DNA of 64,000 nt from Squalus acanthias (Eukaryota), in contig CM059431.1 in NCBI GenBank assembly GCA_030390025.1, positions 124,498,001 to 124,562,000 of the forward strand, given 5' to 3'. Under the pieces are notes generated by a model, which saw only the letters and a list, made by a program, of their open reading frames with translations, was not told the origin of the DNA and did not search any database. Positions 13,144-25,552 of this stretch are shown here, in pieces (position 1 is the stretch's first letter; the number at the start of each line of letters is the position of its first letter). Made by a program: the position numbers and the translations under genes.

Positions 13144-16100
13144 ATGCTCTTTTAAGCAGATCTGTGACTCTGCACAGCCGGTAACAATGCAGGATCTACA
13201 CCCAATAGCTGTTTGGTATTCTGTTGTCAACAGCGCTTATGCTTCCCTCCTCATACATTTTCTCACCTTGTGGTCCCTCCTCTACCACAGAAGTATGATC
13301 CTCCAGTAAGTGACTTTGAGCTAGTGCCTGCTTCATATGGTGGCGCTGTGGGTGCTCACTGGCAGTATATAGGGTTAGGCTCTGACACTTCCTGCATTTT
13401 TGTAAAACCAATATATGTGACATAATTGTGGCTGCACTTGCAGGGCACAGTGTACTCTGTGATGGTGCTCTATTACTCTGTTAATGCTCCACTTACTGGC
13501 AATGTTGCATAAAGTCAGCATTATAATATAGACCTTTACTTGGTAGATTTTATCCTGCTTTATCATTCTCATGCGATCTTGGATCTCTTGGCCTATGATG
13601 TCCATGTAGCCATCTCAAAGTGGGGTAAGCTCTCTACAATGATTCACTCACTGTCTATCTGCATCTGCTCCTGGCAATTGAAAGTCAACTTTGCCTGAAA
13701 GGAGAATAACTGTGTCGTGTGTTATGGGATATATTGTATTGACAATGTAAGCATGATCCTTCCAAAATCATGCATAGGGTAGGTAGGTTGGTATTCTTTA
13801 TGTTAGCGGCACTTCCCAGTCATTGCAGCCTGAAGTGGTACTGGCTGGTCTTGCTTTGTTGCCAGCTTATAAATCATATCCCTTTGGTCAGCTGCTTGTC
13901 TCTAATTACTTCTTACATCAGAATTCTACATGAAAATGAAGGTGCACATAATGCACTTTACTCTACATTGCTGAATTTCCTACTGTTCTCATAGGAACAT
14001 TTAATGTATTATTTTCTGTACAAGGATTTCCATTGAAAGCTGAACAGTACATCCATTCCTCACCCAGTATATTTTTTTTTAAATCATGGCATTCTATGTC
14101 AAGATTCATTACTTACCTTTGTAGTATTTCTCAGGTTAGCCATGTTTTTCCTTTGTCCCATGTCCACTGTGCAAGGGCCACTGCATTAACCCTCTTAGTA
14201 ATCTGTTCCTAAATCGGCCTACTCACCTTTTATTGGGGTGTGAGAATAGCTGCTCATCCCATAGGTTATATCATGCCGCTCCTTGATGCCTTGAACAACA
14301 GCCTTGAGCACCTCATTTCCGAAGTCTGCTTTCTGCTGCCTTCTGTCCTCCATTTGCCCACAGATTTGCTCTTGCTTCTATTTAAAACCCATGTACCACA
14401 GATCACGATGAAATGGCTGCTGACACACTTACTTAATGCTGGTTACGAAGGAACATAGAAAAATCTTCCCAACGTCTCCTGCAGATCTATCCAACTGCTA
14501 TCACCATTAGTAAACAAATGTTAATCCTTGAAGAAAAGTCATTTGACTCTTATTTTCAATTTGCAGTTTGTGAGAAATGTGATTGTGTGCTTCAGCTCTC
14601 ATCAGTAATCAGAAACATCTGTGCATGCTTTAATGTTATTTGCAGAAAAAATGGACTGACATTTAAAGTCTCCAAATGATCGTACTTAAACTCCATTAAT
14701 TATCATAAGCTGTCATCATTATTTTCTATTCAGAATTATCCTAGGTGCAATTTGGTGTATTAGAAAAAGAAGAAGAATTCTCATACTTTGCAAGCAAAAT
14801 TAAGATGAACGATTGATAAATCAGACTAATGATACATATGTAATTGTCTAGTATGCTTTTACATCAAAATTAAGGCAAGGTTTCGGTGATATTTGTGACT
14901 ATTAGCACAAAATTGCCAATTATTGGGGACATTGTCACTGTTTTTATACTGAAGCATAAGTCAAATAGCATCCTAGGTCCTTCTACAACTGAGCAGGAAT
15001 GTAAATTGTTATTTTTACCTTCATACAAGGTAACAATTTCAGTGTTCCACTGAACACATTTTAGAATGATGATATAATTTGTGGGTTTGAATTTATCGTA
15101 AAATGACACAAAGAACAGAACTTCCCCCTCATTTTGTACATATATATTGTCCTATGTGATCTTAATCACTCTATTCTTAATGGAGCTAAGTGAAGGAATA
15201 AGCCATATTCAGAAAAATACAACATTCTATGAAAGAATTCTGGCCTTATTAAAACATGACAAACTGGGCTTGAAAATCTAAAAACCTCTCAATGGAGAAG
15301 CTGTAGCAGCATTCAGGCTATTGAGATAAGATAAGTTGTTGACACTGAATCAATAACCTTATTGAAACAGAAGGTAAAAGGTTCCTGATAGTCTGAAGCT
15401 TTGGAAAGAAGACAATGGTACACCCTGTTAAGGTGTTCTAAATTACACTTCGGAAAGAAACACATAAAATTAAGGAACATATGCCTTCGTAAAAATGACA
15501 TCAAGCAAAAGAAACACCTGCCGTCTTGTGTTGAACTTGGAACACCTACACATAGAAACATAGAAACATAGAACATAGGAGCAGGAGCAGGCCATTCAGC
15601 CCCTCGAGCCTGCTCCGCCATTCAATGAGATCATGGCTGATCATCCAAATTCAGTACCCTGTCCCTGCTTTCTCTCCATATCCCTTGATCCCTTTAGCTT
15701 TAAGAAATATATCCAACTCCTTCTGGAATATATTTAATGAATTGGCCTCAACTGCCTTCTGTGGTAGAGAATTCCACAGATTCACCACTCTCTTGGTGAA
15801 GAAATTCCTCCTCATCTCAGTCCTAAATGGCTTACCCCTTATCCTTAGACTGTGACCCCTGGTTCTGGACTCCCCGGCCATCAGGAACATCCTTCCTGCA
15901 TCTAGTCTGTCTAGTCCTGTTAGAATTTTATAATTTTCAATGAGATCCCCTCTCATTCTTCTAAACTCCAGCGAGTATAAGCCCAATCGACCCAATCTCT
16001 CCTCATACGTCATTCCTGCCATCCCAGGTATCAGCCTGGTGAATCTTTGCTCCACTCCCTCCATGGCAAGAACATCCTTCCTCAGATAAGGCGACCAAAA

Positions 16101-16345
16101 CTGCACACAATACTCAAGATGTGGTCTCACCAAGGCCCTGTACAACTGCAGCAAGACATCCTTGTTCCTGTACTCGAACCCTTTTGCTACGAAGGCCAAC
16201 ATACCATTTGCCTTCTTAACCGCCTTCTGCACCTGCATGCTTATCTTCAGCGACTGGTGCACAAGGACACCCAGGTCTCGTTGCACTTCCCCTTCTCCCA
16301 ATCTATTGCCATTCAGATAATAATCTGCCTTCCTGTTTTTGACAC

Positions 16346-16477
16346 GATGCGGAGATGCCGGTGTTGGACTGGGGTGGACAAAAACGAGTAGTCGCACAAC
16401 ACCAGGTTATAGTCCAACAGTTTTATTTGAAATTACGAGCTTTCGGAGCTCTGCTCCTTCTTCAGGTACAGGTACAG
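16346..16477 (-). mobile_element. 132-bp hammerhead-bearing retroposon (solo pLTR of a second PLE-like family)
   Basis: Perfect 12-bp TSD TGTTTTTGACAC (16334-16345 / 16478-16489); removing it restores the CR1 sequence; carries hammerhead motif then AATAAA. Confidence 0.85.
16434..16468 (-). ncRNA. Minimal hammerhead ribozyme motif, family 2
   Basis: UAC-CUGAAGA-AGGAGC AGA GCUCC-GAAA-GCUC-GUA; palindromic AGCU stem III. Confidence 0.7.
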
Positions 16478-19284
16478 TGTTTTTGACACCAAAGTGGATA
16501 ACCTCGCATTTATCCACATTATATTGCATCTGCCATGCTTCTGCCCACTCACCCAACCTGTCCAAATCATACTGGAGTTTCTCGGCATCCTCCTCACGGC
16601 ACACACTTCCACCCAGCTTTGTGTCGTCTGCAAACTTAGAGATATTACATCCAATTCCCTCATCTAGATCATTTATATATATTGTGAATAGCTGGGATCC
16701 TAGGACCGATCCCTGCGGTACCCCACTAGTCACTCCCTGCCACTCGGAAAAAGACCCATTTATTCCAACTCTTTGCTTTCTGTCTGCCAACCAGTTCTCT
16801 ATCCAAGTCAATACCTTGCCCCCAATCCCATGTGCCTTAACTTTACATGCTAATCTCTTATGCGGGACCTTATCGAAAGCCTTCTGAAAGTCCAAATACA
16901 CCACATCCACTGGTTCACCCTTATCTATTTTACCAGTTACATCCTCAAAAAATTCCAGTAGATTAGTCAAGCACAATTTACCTTTTGTAAATCCATGTTG
17001 ACTTTGTCTGATCCTGTCACTGTTTTGCAAGTGCTGTGCTATTACATCTTTTATAATGGACTCTAGCATTTTGCCCACTACCGATGTCAGGCTCACCTGT
17101 CTATAATTCCCCGTTTTCTCTATACCACCTTTTTTGAATAGTGGGGTAACATTACCTAGCCTCCAATCCATGGGTACTGTTCCAGAGTCTATAGAATTTT
17201 GGAAGATGACCAGCAATGCATCTACTATTTCTAGGGCCACTTCCTTAATTACCCTAGGATGTAGACACAATTCTGTGTTACAACCAGCTGAGGTGACTAA
17301 AATTGCATAGATCACCCTGGTTGAGGTGTTTTAATTTACACTTCGTAAAAAGACACAAACAGAAGACCTTGGTAAAAATGACATCAAATAGATGCACCTG
17401 CTGTTACACCGTTTTTTATGGTGGGCTTGGGACACCTGAGGTAGAGACATAATTCTGTATTGCTACCAGCTAAAGTGACTGTAAGAATAGCAGGGGTCAA
17501 CAAAAAAATGACTAGAGATAATTTGCTTACATCAGCAGAAAACTTCAAAGGAAATACCACTGAAAAAGGATATAAATATTGAACTTTCAAATGGGATGAT
17601 AGTCTCGCTATAAAGGGGCAAAGCGATTCTCGGCTTCAGAGGCAGGCTCTGTAAGTTTACAACTCTTTGTACCTCGGGGATCAACGGTACTGTATTTGAT
17701 TTTGGTGGATATTCTGAATAAGACTAAGAACTGTAATACTGTAGAAAAGTTAAGATTTGAGAATAAGGATCTCTGATAATAAGATTGTAAAAGCTTTCTC
17801 TTTTTGGAACTGTTAATGTTGCGATTGAAACACCTACTGTAATTACATGTCGGTTCTTTAATAAATCTATATATTTTTAGAATTGTCTCACATAATACTT
17901 CTGTATCAAACTCGTGAGCTCAATCTCTGTGCACTCTTTGGTGAGCAGTTGCAGAATTCTGGGGGAGTTTTCCGTACCCTCATAATATCCGGAACGTTAC
18001 AGTCTAGCTAAACTTATTAAAAGTGCTATCTGGAGGATGGTAACATCTTCAGGTTGTTCCTTTCCTTTAGGGAGAGATGGTCTAGACCTTTAGACCCCAT
18101 TAAGCATCTTTAGGATTCGGCTACCTCAAACTTTAGTTGAAAGTGAACGTCTGGGGAATATGACTGATCTGGGGTAGCCCTAAAGGGGCTAGGACTAGTA
18201 ATTATCCCTTCACTAAATGATGTCCATTAATTTCCTTACTTATTAAACTCTCAATATGAAGTGGCCACTCTGTTCATATACAACTGTGCCCTGTATTGGA
18301 GCTTTACTGGTGCTTTCCCCTGGTGGAGCCTCAGGTATAATCTGATGGATAATTCCCTGGTGGTGGCTGCCATTTTAACGAGCATTTTTATCCTTTGCTC
18401 TTCTTATAATACCATTTCACTCCTTTACCTTCTTCTGCAAGCATTCTTTCTTCTTTAACTTGTTGTGGACCACTTCTGCTGATGTTTTGGGTGGCACTAC
18501 TGACTCAGGTAGATCAGTGGAAGTTTAAAATCACATTTTGTTTGTTTTTAAGAGCTTTCTCAATAAGGAAATCTGATGTTTTTCCCCTTAAACTCTCAAA
18601 CTCTTGTCTTCTGGTAACTTAGTTTGCATCATAATTTGATGTTAGAATCACTTGAACCACCCATTCATAGTCACCTATCAGTCATGTCCTTAAATTATAA
18701 TGAAACAGGCACAACCATAAGCAGCATTATGATGTAGTATAGAATTGCCCCTCTGTATCATATTGAGTTTACAACTATGTTCCAATGGATTGTTGTGGAG
18801 CTGCAAACAGTAACAAGGAAAACAAAATTCTCACTGTAATTTACAAGATTGTGAATGATGTTTCCATTCAATCTGCATTGTAAGCATTTCAATGTTATTG
18901 TATGTCTAAAAACAGCAACTTATGAAATAATGACTATCACACTGACATTTTTCTGTTCAGCCATCACTTTATTGGCAAAAACATGAAATATTTTATCACA
19001 CCATACAAGATATATTTCACGCAACAGTATTTATAATTTAAAAATGTCATGTTTCGAACTTGTTTTCAATTAATTTTACAGTTTCAAATGATATATCCTA
19101 TTATGTACCACCAGTCTTACAAATATCAGTTAAATTTATCTTGTGCTATAGCTAGCTGTATTTTACTTTTGGAACTTCACATTTTCCATCACACAAAAGT
19201 ACACTTTATTTAGTATCACTGATATTTATATGTGTACTATTTATGGACAAGATGAATAAATAACAACCATTACTTAAGATCAAA

Positions 19285-19662
19285 AAGAAAGAAGAAAGAA
19301 ATAACTTATATTTATGTAACATCTTTCCCAACCTTAGGGCATCCCTAAGCACTTTACAGTCAATGAAATAATTTTGAATTGTAGTTGCTGTTGTAATACA
19401 GGGAAACTTGACAGTTTTATTGGGCACAGCAAGGTCCCACAAACAACAAGACAAATAACCATACAATTTATTTTTGGTGATGTTGGTTCGGTGATAAATA
19501 TTGGCCAAGACACCAGGAGAACGCCCCTGCTCTTCTTTGAACAATGCAATGGGATCTTTTACGCCCATCTGAGAGAGTAGTTGGGGTCTCGGCATCTCAT
19601 CCAAAAGATGGCACCTTCGAGCAGTGCACACTTAGTACTGTACTGAAGTGTCAGTCTAGATT
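19285..19662 (-). mobile_element. DeuSINE-like SINE lacking its head
   Basis: Deu-domain-like GTGCCATCTTTTGGATGAGA..AAAAGATCCCATTGCA..GGTGTCTTGGCCAA on minus strand; L2-like tail. Confidence 0.8.
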
Positions 19663-19702
19663 AGGTTTTGCTCACTCTTTCAAAAATGTATAGCAAGACC
19701 TG

Positions 19703-20070
19703 TAACAACAACAACAACAACTTGTATTTATATAGCGCCTTTAACATTGTAAAACATCCCAAGGCGCTGCGCAGGAGTATTTTAAGACAAAAAATTTGAC
19801 ACCGATCCACATAAGGATAAATTAGGGCAAGTGACCAAAAGCTTGGTCAAAGAGGTAGATTTTAAGGAGCGTATTAAAGGAGGAAAGAGAGGTAGCGAGG
19901 CAGACAGGTTTAGGCAGGGAATTCCAGAGCTTAGGGCCTAGGCAACAGAAGGCACGGCCACCAAAGGTTGAGCGATTATAATCGGGGATCCTCAAGAGGG
20001 CAGAATTAGAGGAGCGCAGATATCTCAGGGGGTTGTGGGGCTGAAGGAGATTACAGAGATAGGAAGGGAT
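19703..20070 (-). mobile_element. L2-type LINE 3' fragment
   Basis: Tail AAAGGCGCTATATAAATACAAG(TTG)n, similar to the DeuSINE tail; upstream encodes an LWNSLP motif. Confidence 0.7.
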
Positions 20071-20787
20071 TTGGAGGGGTAACCCAATATACTGACATAT
20101 ACTTCATTGATTGCTTTGCATAATGGTTTAAATTTTAGATGCCAGAAATGAAAGTTGCAAATATTAGCAGATAAACACTTTACACATTATTATGACACTT
20201 GTCTGCCTGCTCTTTTAACAGAGGTCTTAACCTTCAGGCCACACCTCTGTTAAATTAGCAGAGGTATATCATATGAATGTGTTAAACATTCATATTAACA
20301 ACTGCAATTTCTACGTGTAGTTAACTTCATGGATATTTAAAAAAATGTAACGTATTAGGTGTTTCTATTGAGTTAATCTGAAAATCATATTTACAGACTC
20401 CTCAGATTACAGAAAATTACATACTTTACTTTACTTGGGTATATTATAATGTTGCGAGTTCTAATCAGGAGATTCACAGGAAAAAAACAGGTCTAACTAC
20501 AGGATGTAAGAAACAGAAAACCTTCATTTGATAATTACCTGTACAGTTATTACAATCTCAAGAGTTTAAGCAACAAACCTTACTGGTATGCATTCCCTGG
20601 GAGTTGTTCAAAAGAGATTACTTTATGATTACACAGCCATACATAAACGATATCCAGAACTTCACCAACACAATGGTTCATCATTATATAAATTAGTGAT
20701 TGATGCATCCCATTACATTCAGAATTTCTTTTCTCTTCAATTTCCCACCTGCAGAAAAGTAAATGTAAACTTATAGAAGATGTGAGA

Positions 20788-23087
20788 ATTCAAGAAAGGA
20801 GGGAAAGAGAAAACAGGGAACTACGGGCCACTTAACCTGACATCAGTCACTGGGAAAATGCTGGAATCCATTGTTGAGGAAGTAGTATCAGGGCACTTAG
20901 AAAATCATAACATGATTAGGTAGAGCCAGCATGGTTTTATGAAAAGGAAATCATGTTTAACAAATTTATTAGAGTTTTTTGTGGAGGTAACTAGCAGGGT
21001 AGAAAAAGGGGAACCAGTGGATGTAATATATTTGGATTTCCAAAAGGCATTCGATAAGGTGCCATATAAAAGGTTATTACACAAGATTAGTGCTCATGGG
21101 GTAGGGGTAATATAGTAGCATGGATAGAGGATTGGTTAACAGACAGAAAACAGAGAATATGGATAAACGAGTCTTTTCCAGGTTGGCAGGCTATAACTAG
21201 TGGGGTGCCGCAAGGATCAGTGCTGGGGCCTCAGCTAATTACAATCTATATTAGTGACCTAGATGAAGGGACTGAGTGAAATGTATCCAAGTTTGCTGAC
21301 GATACACAGCTAGGTGGGACAGTAAACTGTGAGGAGAACACAGAGGGCTGGATTTTACTTACCGAGACGAGTTGGGAGCGGGACTGCTGCCTTCTGGGTT
21401 CTAGTCCCACCCCCAGCAATGTCCGATGCACAGACGCTATTTTACACTGATTGGCCTTGTTAAGCCTGCCCTGCGGGCTTGCTGGCCAATTAAGGGAAAG
21501 CCGGTGTCAGATGACGCTTCATCTGCCGGTTTTCTTAAAGGGACATGAAACATTTATTTTTGACAGATGATTTGACAGTGTTTGACAGTATTGAGGTGCT
21601 GTCAAACACTGTCAATCACTGTACAAAGGTGAGCCCTTGCACCCAGGCTCTCCAATGACTCTCGCCTTACGATGAAACAGATGGCAGCTGCAGGTGAGGG
21701 TACAGAAGTGATCTGTCACTTCTCCCAATGAGGTGAGGCTACACAAACACTTCAAAGCTTATCACCTACAGAAAAATCTAAACACATTAAAAATTACATT
21801 CCCAACATTTCCGTACCTCTGATACTCACCAGTGTCCCATTGCATCCTTCACACCACTCCTGCAGCTGTCCTCTATACACAAACATTTCAACAGACCCAC
21901 AGCACGTCTCACTTACTCTGGCGGGGTTCCCCGACATTGGGAAGCCCGCAGCAGAAGTCGCAAAATGGAAAAAAGCCTCTCAACTGCCTGTTAACTACCA
22001 GTTAACAGGCAGTTAAGTGGCTATAATCCTCTTCCCACTGCTGGGAGTTGGGTCCCTGTGCAAATCGGGGACCCAACTCACAGGAAGATTGGTTGGAAGC
22101 GGCTTGGGAGTGGGTTTGGGACCCGCTTCCATTCTTTTTGATTTTCCCAGCAGTCCCGCCTCCAACCCTGCCTCCTTAGGGCTGGTAATTTCCAGCCCAG
22201 AGAGTCTGCAAAGGGATATAGATAGACTAACTGAGTGGGCAGTAAGGTGGCAGATGGAGTATAATGTAAGGAAATGTGAGGTTATTCACTTTAGTAGGAA
22301 GAATAGAAAAACAGAATATTTTTTAAGTGGTGAGAAACTTTTAAATGTTGGTGTTCAGAGAGATTTGGGTGTCCTCGCGCAAGAAACACAAAAAGCTCGC
22401 ATGCAGGTACAGCAAGCAATAAGGAAGGCAAATGGCATGTTGGCCTTTATTGCAAGGGAGTTGGAGTATAAGAATAAGGAAGTCTTGCTACAATTGTACA
22501 GGGCCTTGGTGAGACCACACCTGGAGTACTGTGCACAGTTTTGGTCTCCTTATCTAAGGAAGGATATACTTGCCTTGGAGGTGGTGCAACAAAGGTTTAC
22601 TAGATTGATTCCTGGGAAGAGAGGGCTGTTCTATGATGAGAGATTGAGTAGATTGGGCCTATACTCTCTGGAGTTTAGAAGAATGAGAGGTGATCTCATT
22701 GAAACATACAAGATTATGAAGTGGATTGACAGGGTAGATGCTGAGAGGTTGTTTCCCCTAGCTGGAGTGTCTAGAACCAAGGGTCACAGTCTCAGGATAA
22801 GGGGTATGCCATTTAAGACTGAGATGAGGAGGAATTTCTTCACTCAGAGGGTTGTGAATCTTTGGAATCCTCTGCCCCAGAGGGCTGTGGATGCTGGGTC
22901 TTTGAGTATATTCAAGGCTGAGATAGATAGATTTTTGGACTCTAGGGGAATCAAGGGATATGGAGATCAGGTGGGAAAGTGGAGTTGAGGTGGATGATCA
23001 GCCATGATCTTATTGAATGGCAGAGAAGGCTTGATGGGCCGTCTGGCCTACTCCTGCTCCAAATTCTTATGTTCTTATGTTCTTATG
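20788..23087 (+). mobile_element. CR1 LINE, 5'-truncated, split by a Harbinger-type MITE
   Basis: Disrupted RT motifs at 20790-21344; continues 22199-22988 (LYRALVRPHLEYC); (TTCTTATG)3 tail. Confidence 0.93.
21345..22198. mobile_element. Non-autonomous PIF/Harbinger-type element inside CR1
   Basis: TIR GGGCTGGA(T/A)TT; TSD AGA; the empty site restores the CR1 sequence. Confidence 0.85.
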
Positions 23088-23126
23088 TGAGTTATATTTT
23101 GGGTGGCAGAGTTAGGGGTGTAGCAC

Positions 23127-24858
23127 TGTAAAATTCGCAATTATCGCGATTCGAAATAACGAGATAAAGCAGATTCGTTTCATCAGTTTTATTTCAACAA
23201 AATGCTGTCATGATTAAACAGGACACAGAAGCCTGTAAAATGGCCGCCACGCCTCGTGGCAGAAGCTTCCAGAATTTTCAGTGGGCAGACAAGATGGCGT
23301 TCAAATAAACATTTCAGTATAAGATTGGTTAATACGCAGCAAACACTGATAAAGACAGGATGCAACCTGTCTGCATTCGACACAATAGCAAGAGATATAA
23401 GTGCTAGAATCATTTTCCATGCACAAGTAAGGACCATTGTACTGGGCAATCGAAGGCCCATCCAGATACATCAATACGCAAATTCCCCACGGCTCTACAA
23501 TGAGAGAGCCATTCTCGGGTGCTTACACAAGTATTCGGAGGCCCCCAAAACCCCACCAGGGAGGCTTCTAGCTGGTTCCACAATGGGAAAAAACATTAAC
23601 GGGTAGTTGGCCAGTCTCAGGTGCTACCGAAACCCATTACAAACAAGAATCACCCCATACTGGGAATTTTGAGCGCCAAGATTTTACAAAAGATGAACAT
23701 TAAGATTTGGGCGGGAGATAAGGGCACCCAGCACTATAACTATAGTGAACAAATGTCCATCGGTCTCTTATCTTGCTGCTGGCTGCTGAACTCTCTTATT
23801 CTCTTATTCCCTTGATTCGTGCTCTTATCTCTGCGGACTCTTGACTCAGGCTGAATTCTGCTGGACGAGCAGCCATTTGTTGCCTCTGGACTCTAGCCGT
23901 GCTGGACAGTTACTCGAATGTTGGGTGGAGCTCAAGCAGAACGAGCCGCCCCAACGAAGGCCAGTGACCGGGTGCACCATCCCGAGCGTCGGTAAACGGT
24001 GTTTTGGACCCGAAGGCCCGACAAGACGAGATGAGAAGAAAAGAACAAGAATCCACGTGCCGCCGCGGTCAGTAAACCCCAACCGCGCCCGTAAATATAA
24101 AGACCATTTTGAACTCTATCAGGTTGCTGCCGAACCAGTGGAAGACTCTCTTTCGAATTCTATCGACAACCGGTGTCAATACAGGAAGACTCTTCTTTGA
24201 ATTTTACCGGTTAACTGGTGTCGGTCCAGAAAGACTTTTCTTTGAGTTCTACAGCCGGGCCCGAGCACTGTCGAGTTCTTCATGACAACGGGGAGCCCAG
24301 CCTGCTAGCCGGAGCAGAGAAGATAAACAAGTGGGGTACAGAGACCCCTTCCAACACGTGACAGTCAGGTGTTGCAGCAAAACAAGCCGAGTGCCTTACT
24401 TTAAAATTCTCCGAAGTATCACGAGTGGTGAGCATGTTTCCCGATCCTACAAATCTAGATTAGTGTAGGTATTGATAGGGGAGGGTGGTTTTATTAAGGA
24501 TAAATATAATGTGTTCCCCTTTTTACGATGTGCCGTGCGTTCCTCATTACCCTAGACCAAGTTTTATGAATGTATGTATACTTGTACTGTCATTAATTTG
24601 TGCCTATGACATGTACTTCATGATTTTGGACGTTATGCAATAAAGATTTCCATTTCGTACTATTCAACTGGGTCTATTTGAGTTTTCTCTGCATTACTGC
24701 TCTCGCACCTAAGTCCAGTGTTAGAACCGTAAGGGCGAGTGGGTCGAACCACTCACAGGTGCTTATTGCAACAAGGCTGGCCGGAGACCAGAGCAAGCAA
24801 TAATATTAGGCATCGAAGGCCTAACCCCGCACAAGCACCTACGACCGAACCCCTTACA
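23127..24858 (+). mobile_element. Solo LTR, 1732 bp
   Basis: TGTAA...TTACA termini; 4-bp TSD GCAC (23123-23126 / 24859-24862); TATAAA at 24096; AATAAA at 24639. Confidence 0.85.
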
Positions 24859-24924
24859 GCACCAGAGGTGATGCCCAGTTGATCTTTATATTTTTATTCA
24901 ATTATATGGTCTTCATGCATACGA

Positions 24925-25270
24925 GCAGCTTGGTATGTTCTCACTTCTGAATCAGAAAATTATGGGTTCAGATCACACTGAATTTTAGCGTTTAATCTCG
25001 GCTGACACTTTTGTTATGTGCTGCATTGTGAGAGATGTTATCTTTCAAGTGAAAAGTTAAAATGGGCTCCATCTGCCTGTTTGTATGAATATAAAAAATC
25101 ACAGAGCACTATTTGAAAAAGAGTAAGTGAGTTTTCCTGGTGTCCTGGCCAATATTTATCCTTCGTCCAACATCAAAGACAGATTAACTGGTCAGTTATC
25201 TTATTTGTTGCTTGTGGGACTGTGCTGTGTGTGAATTAGTTACTGTGTTTGCCTTTATAACAACAGTGAT
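24925..25270 (+). mobile_element. Diverged DeuSINE-like SINE
   Basis: Collinear similarity to the other copies (GGCTGACACT, GGTGTCCTGGCCAATATTTATCC). Confidence 0.7.
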
Positions 25271-25470
25271 TTAATAAATGGTTAGCTTTCTAAGGCACTG
25301 CTCTTCCATCAATTCAGACTAGTTGTGCCTGGGACTGTACACCTCATGCATAGCATAGTGGTGGGTCTGGCCACCTTACATCTCTGCCAGCCCTTTCCTA
25401 CTCTTGTTGATATTCCTCAACAAAGATGAGTGTTAGGGGAGCTCTGAATGCAACCTCCACTGTTTACTTC

Positions 25471-25552
25471 AACTGAGGAAGGGGCAATCGATAGCTCCGA
25501 AAGCTTGTGATTTCAAATAAAACTGTTGGACTATAACCTGGTGTTGTGCGAC
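25471..25552 (+). mobile_element. Second copy of the family-2 hammerhead pLTR fragment
   Basis: CUGAGGA-AGGGGC..GCUCC-GAAA-GCUU then TTTCAAATAAAACTGTTGGACTATAACCTGGTGTTGTGCGAC, matching the 16346-16477 element. Confidence 0.8.

Larger units (their letters stand above)
15550..17265 (-). mobile_element. CR1 LINE, 5'-truncated ORF2 (RT) pseudogene
   Basis: Motifs [41 protein letters not shown]; (TTTCTATG)n tail at 15550; interrupted at 16346-16477. Confidence 0.95.
15400..18001 (+). mobile_element. LTR-like repeat with degenerate tandem units, split by a CR1 insertion (5' boundary uncertain)
   Basis: Repeated unit (GTAAAAATGACATCAA, TACACTTCG, ACACCT) on both sides of the CR1; TATAAA near 17609; AATAAA near 17860; ends GTTACA at 18001. 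Confidence 0.45.

Noticed and set aside
13190..14460. Unique-looking sequence with short ORFs
   Set aside because: Probably heavily decayed LINE sequence; no supportable motifs or boundaries.
16407..17315. 302-aa and 248-aa ORFs as separate genes with novel termini
   Set aside because: They are one CR1 ORF2 broken by the 132-bp insertion; the odd termini are read-through into the insertion and flank.
20584..20748. Possible 165-nt minus-strand exon (acceptor TTTTCTGCAG, open frame WEIEEKRNSEC..)
   Set aside because: The peptide is unrecognisable, the donor is modest, and the phase does not join the 56127 candidate; it needs RNA evidence.
22017..22988. 323-aa ORF with a hydrophobic, signal-like N-terminus
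   Set aside because: Chance fusion of MITE sequence (GTG start) to a CR1 ORF2 C-terminus.
24141..24260. Three spaced repeats resembling a CRISPR array
   Set aside because: They are degenerate tandem units inside an LTR in eukaryotic DNA, with no cas genes.
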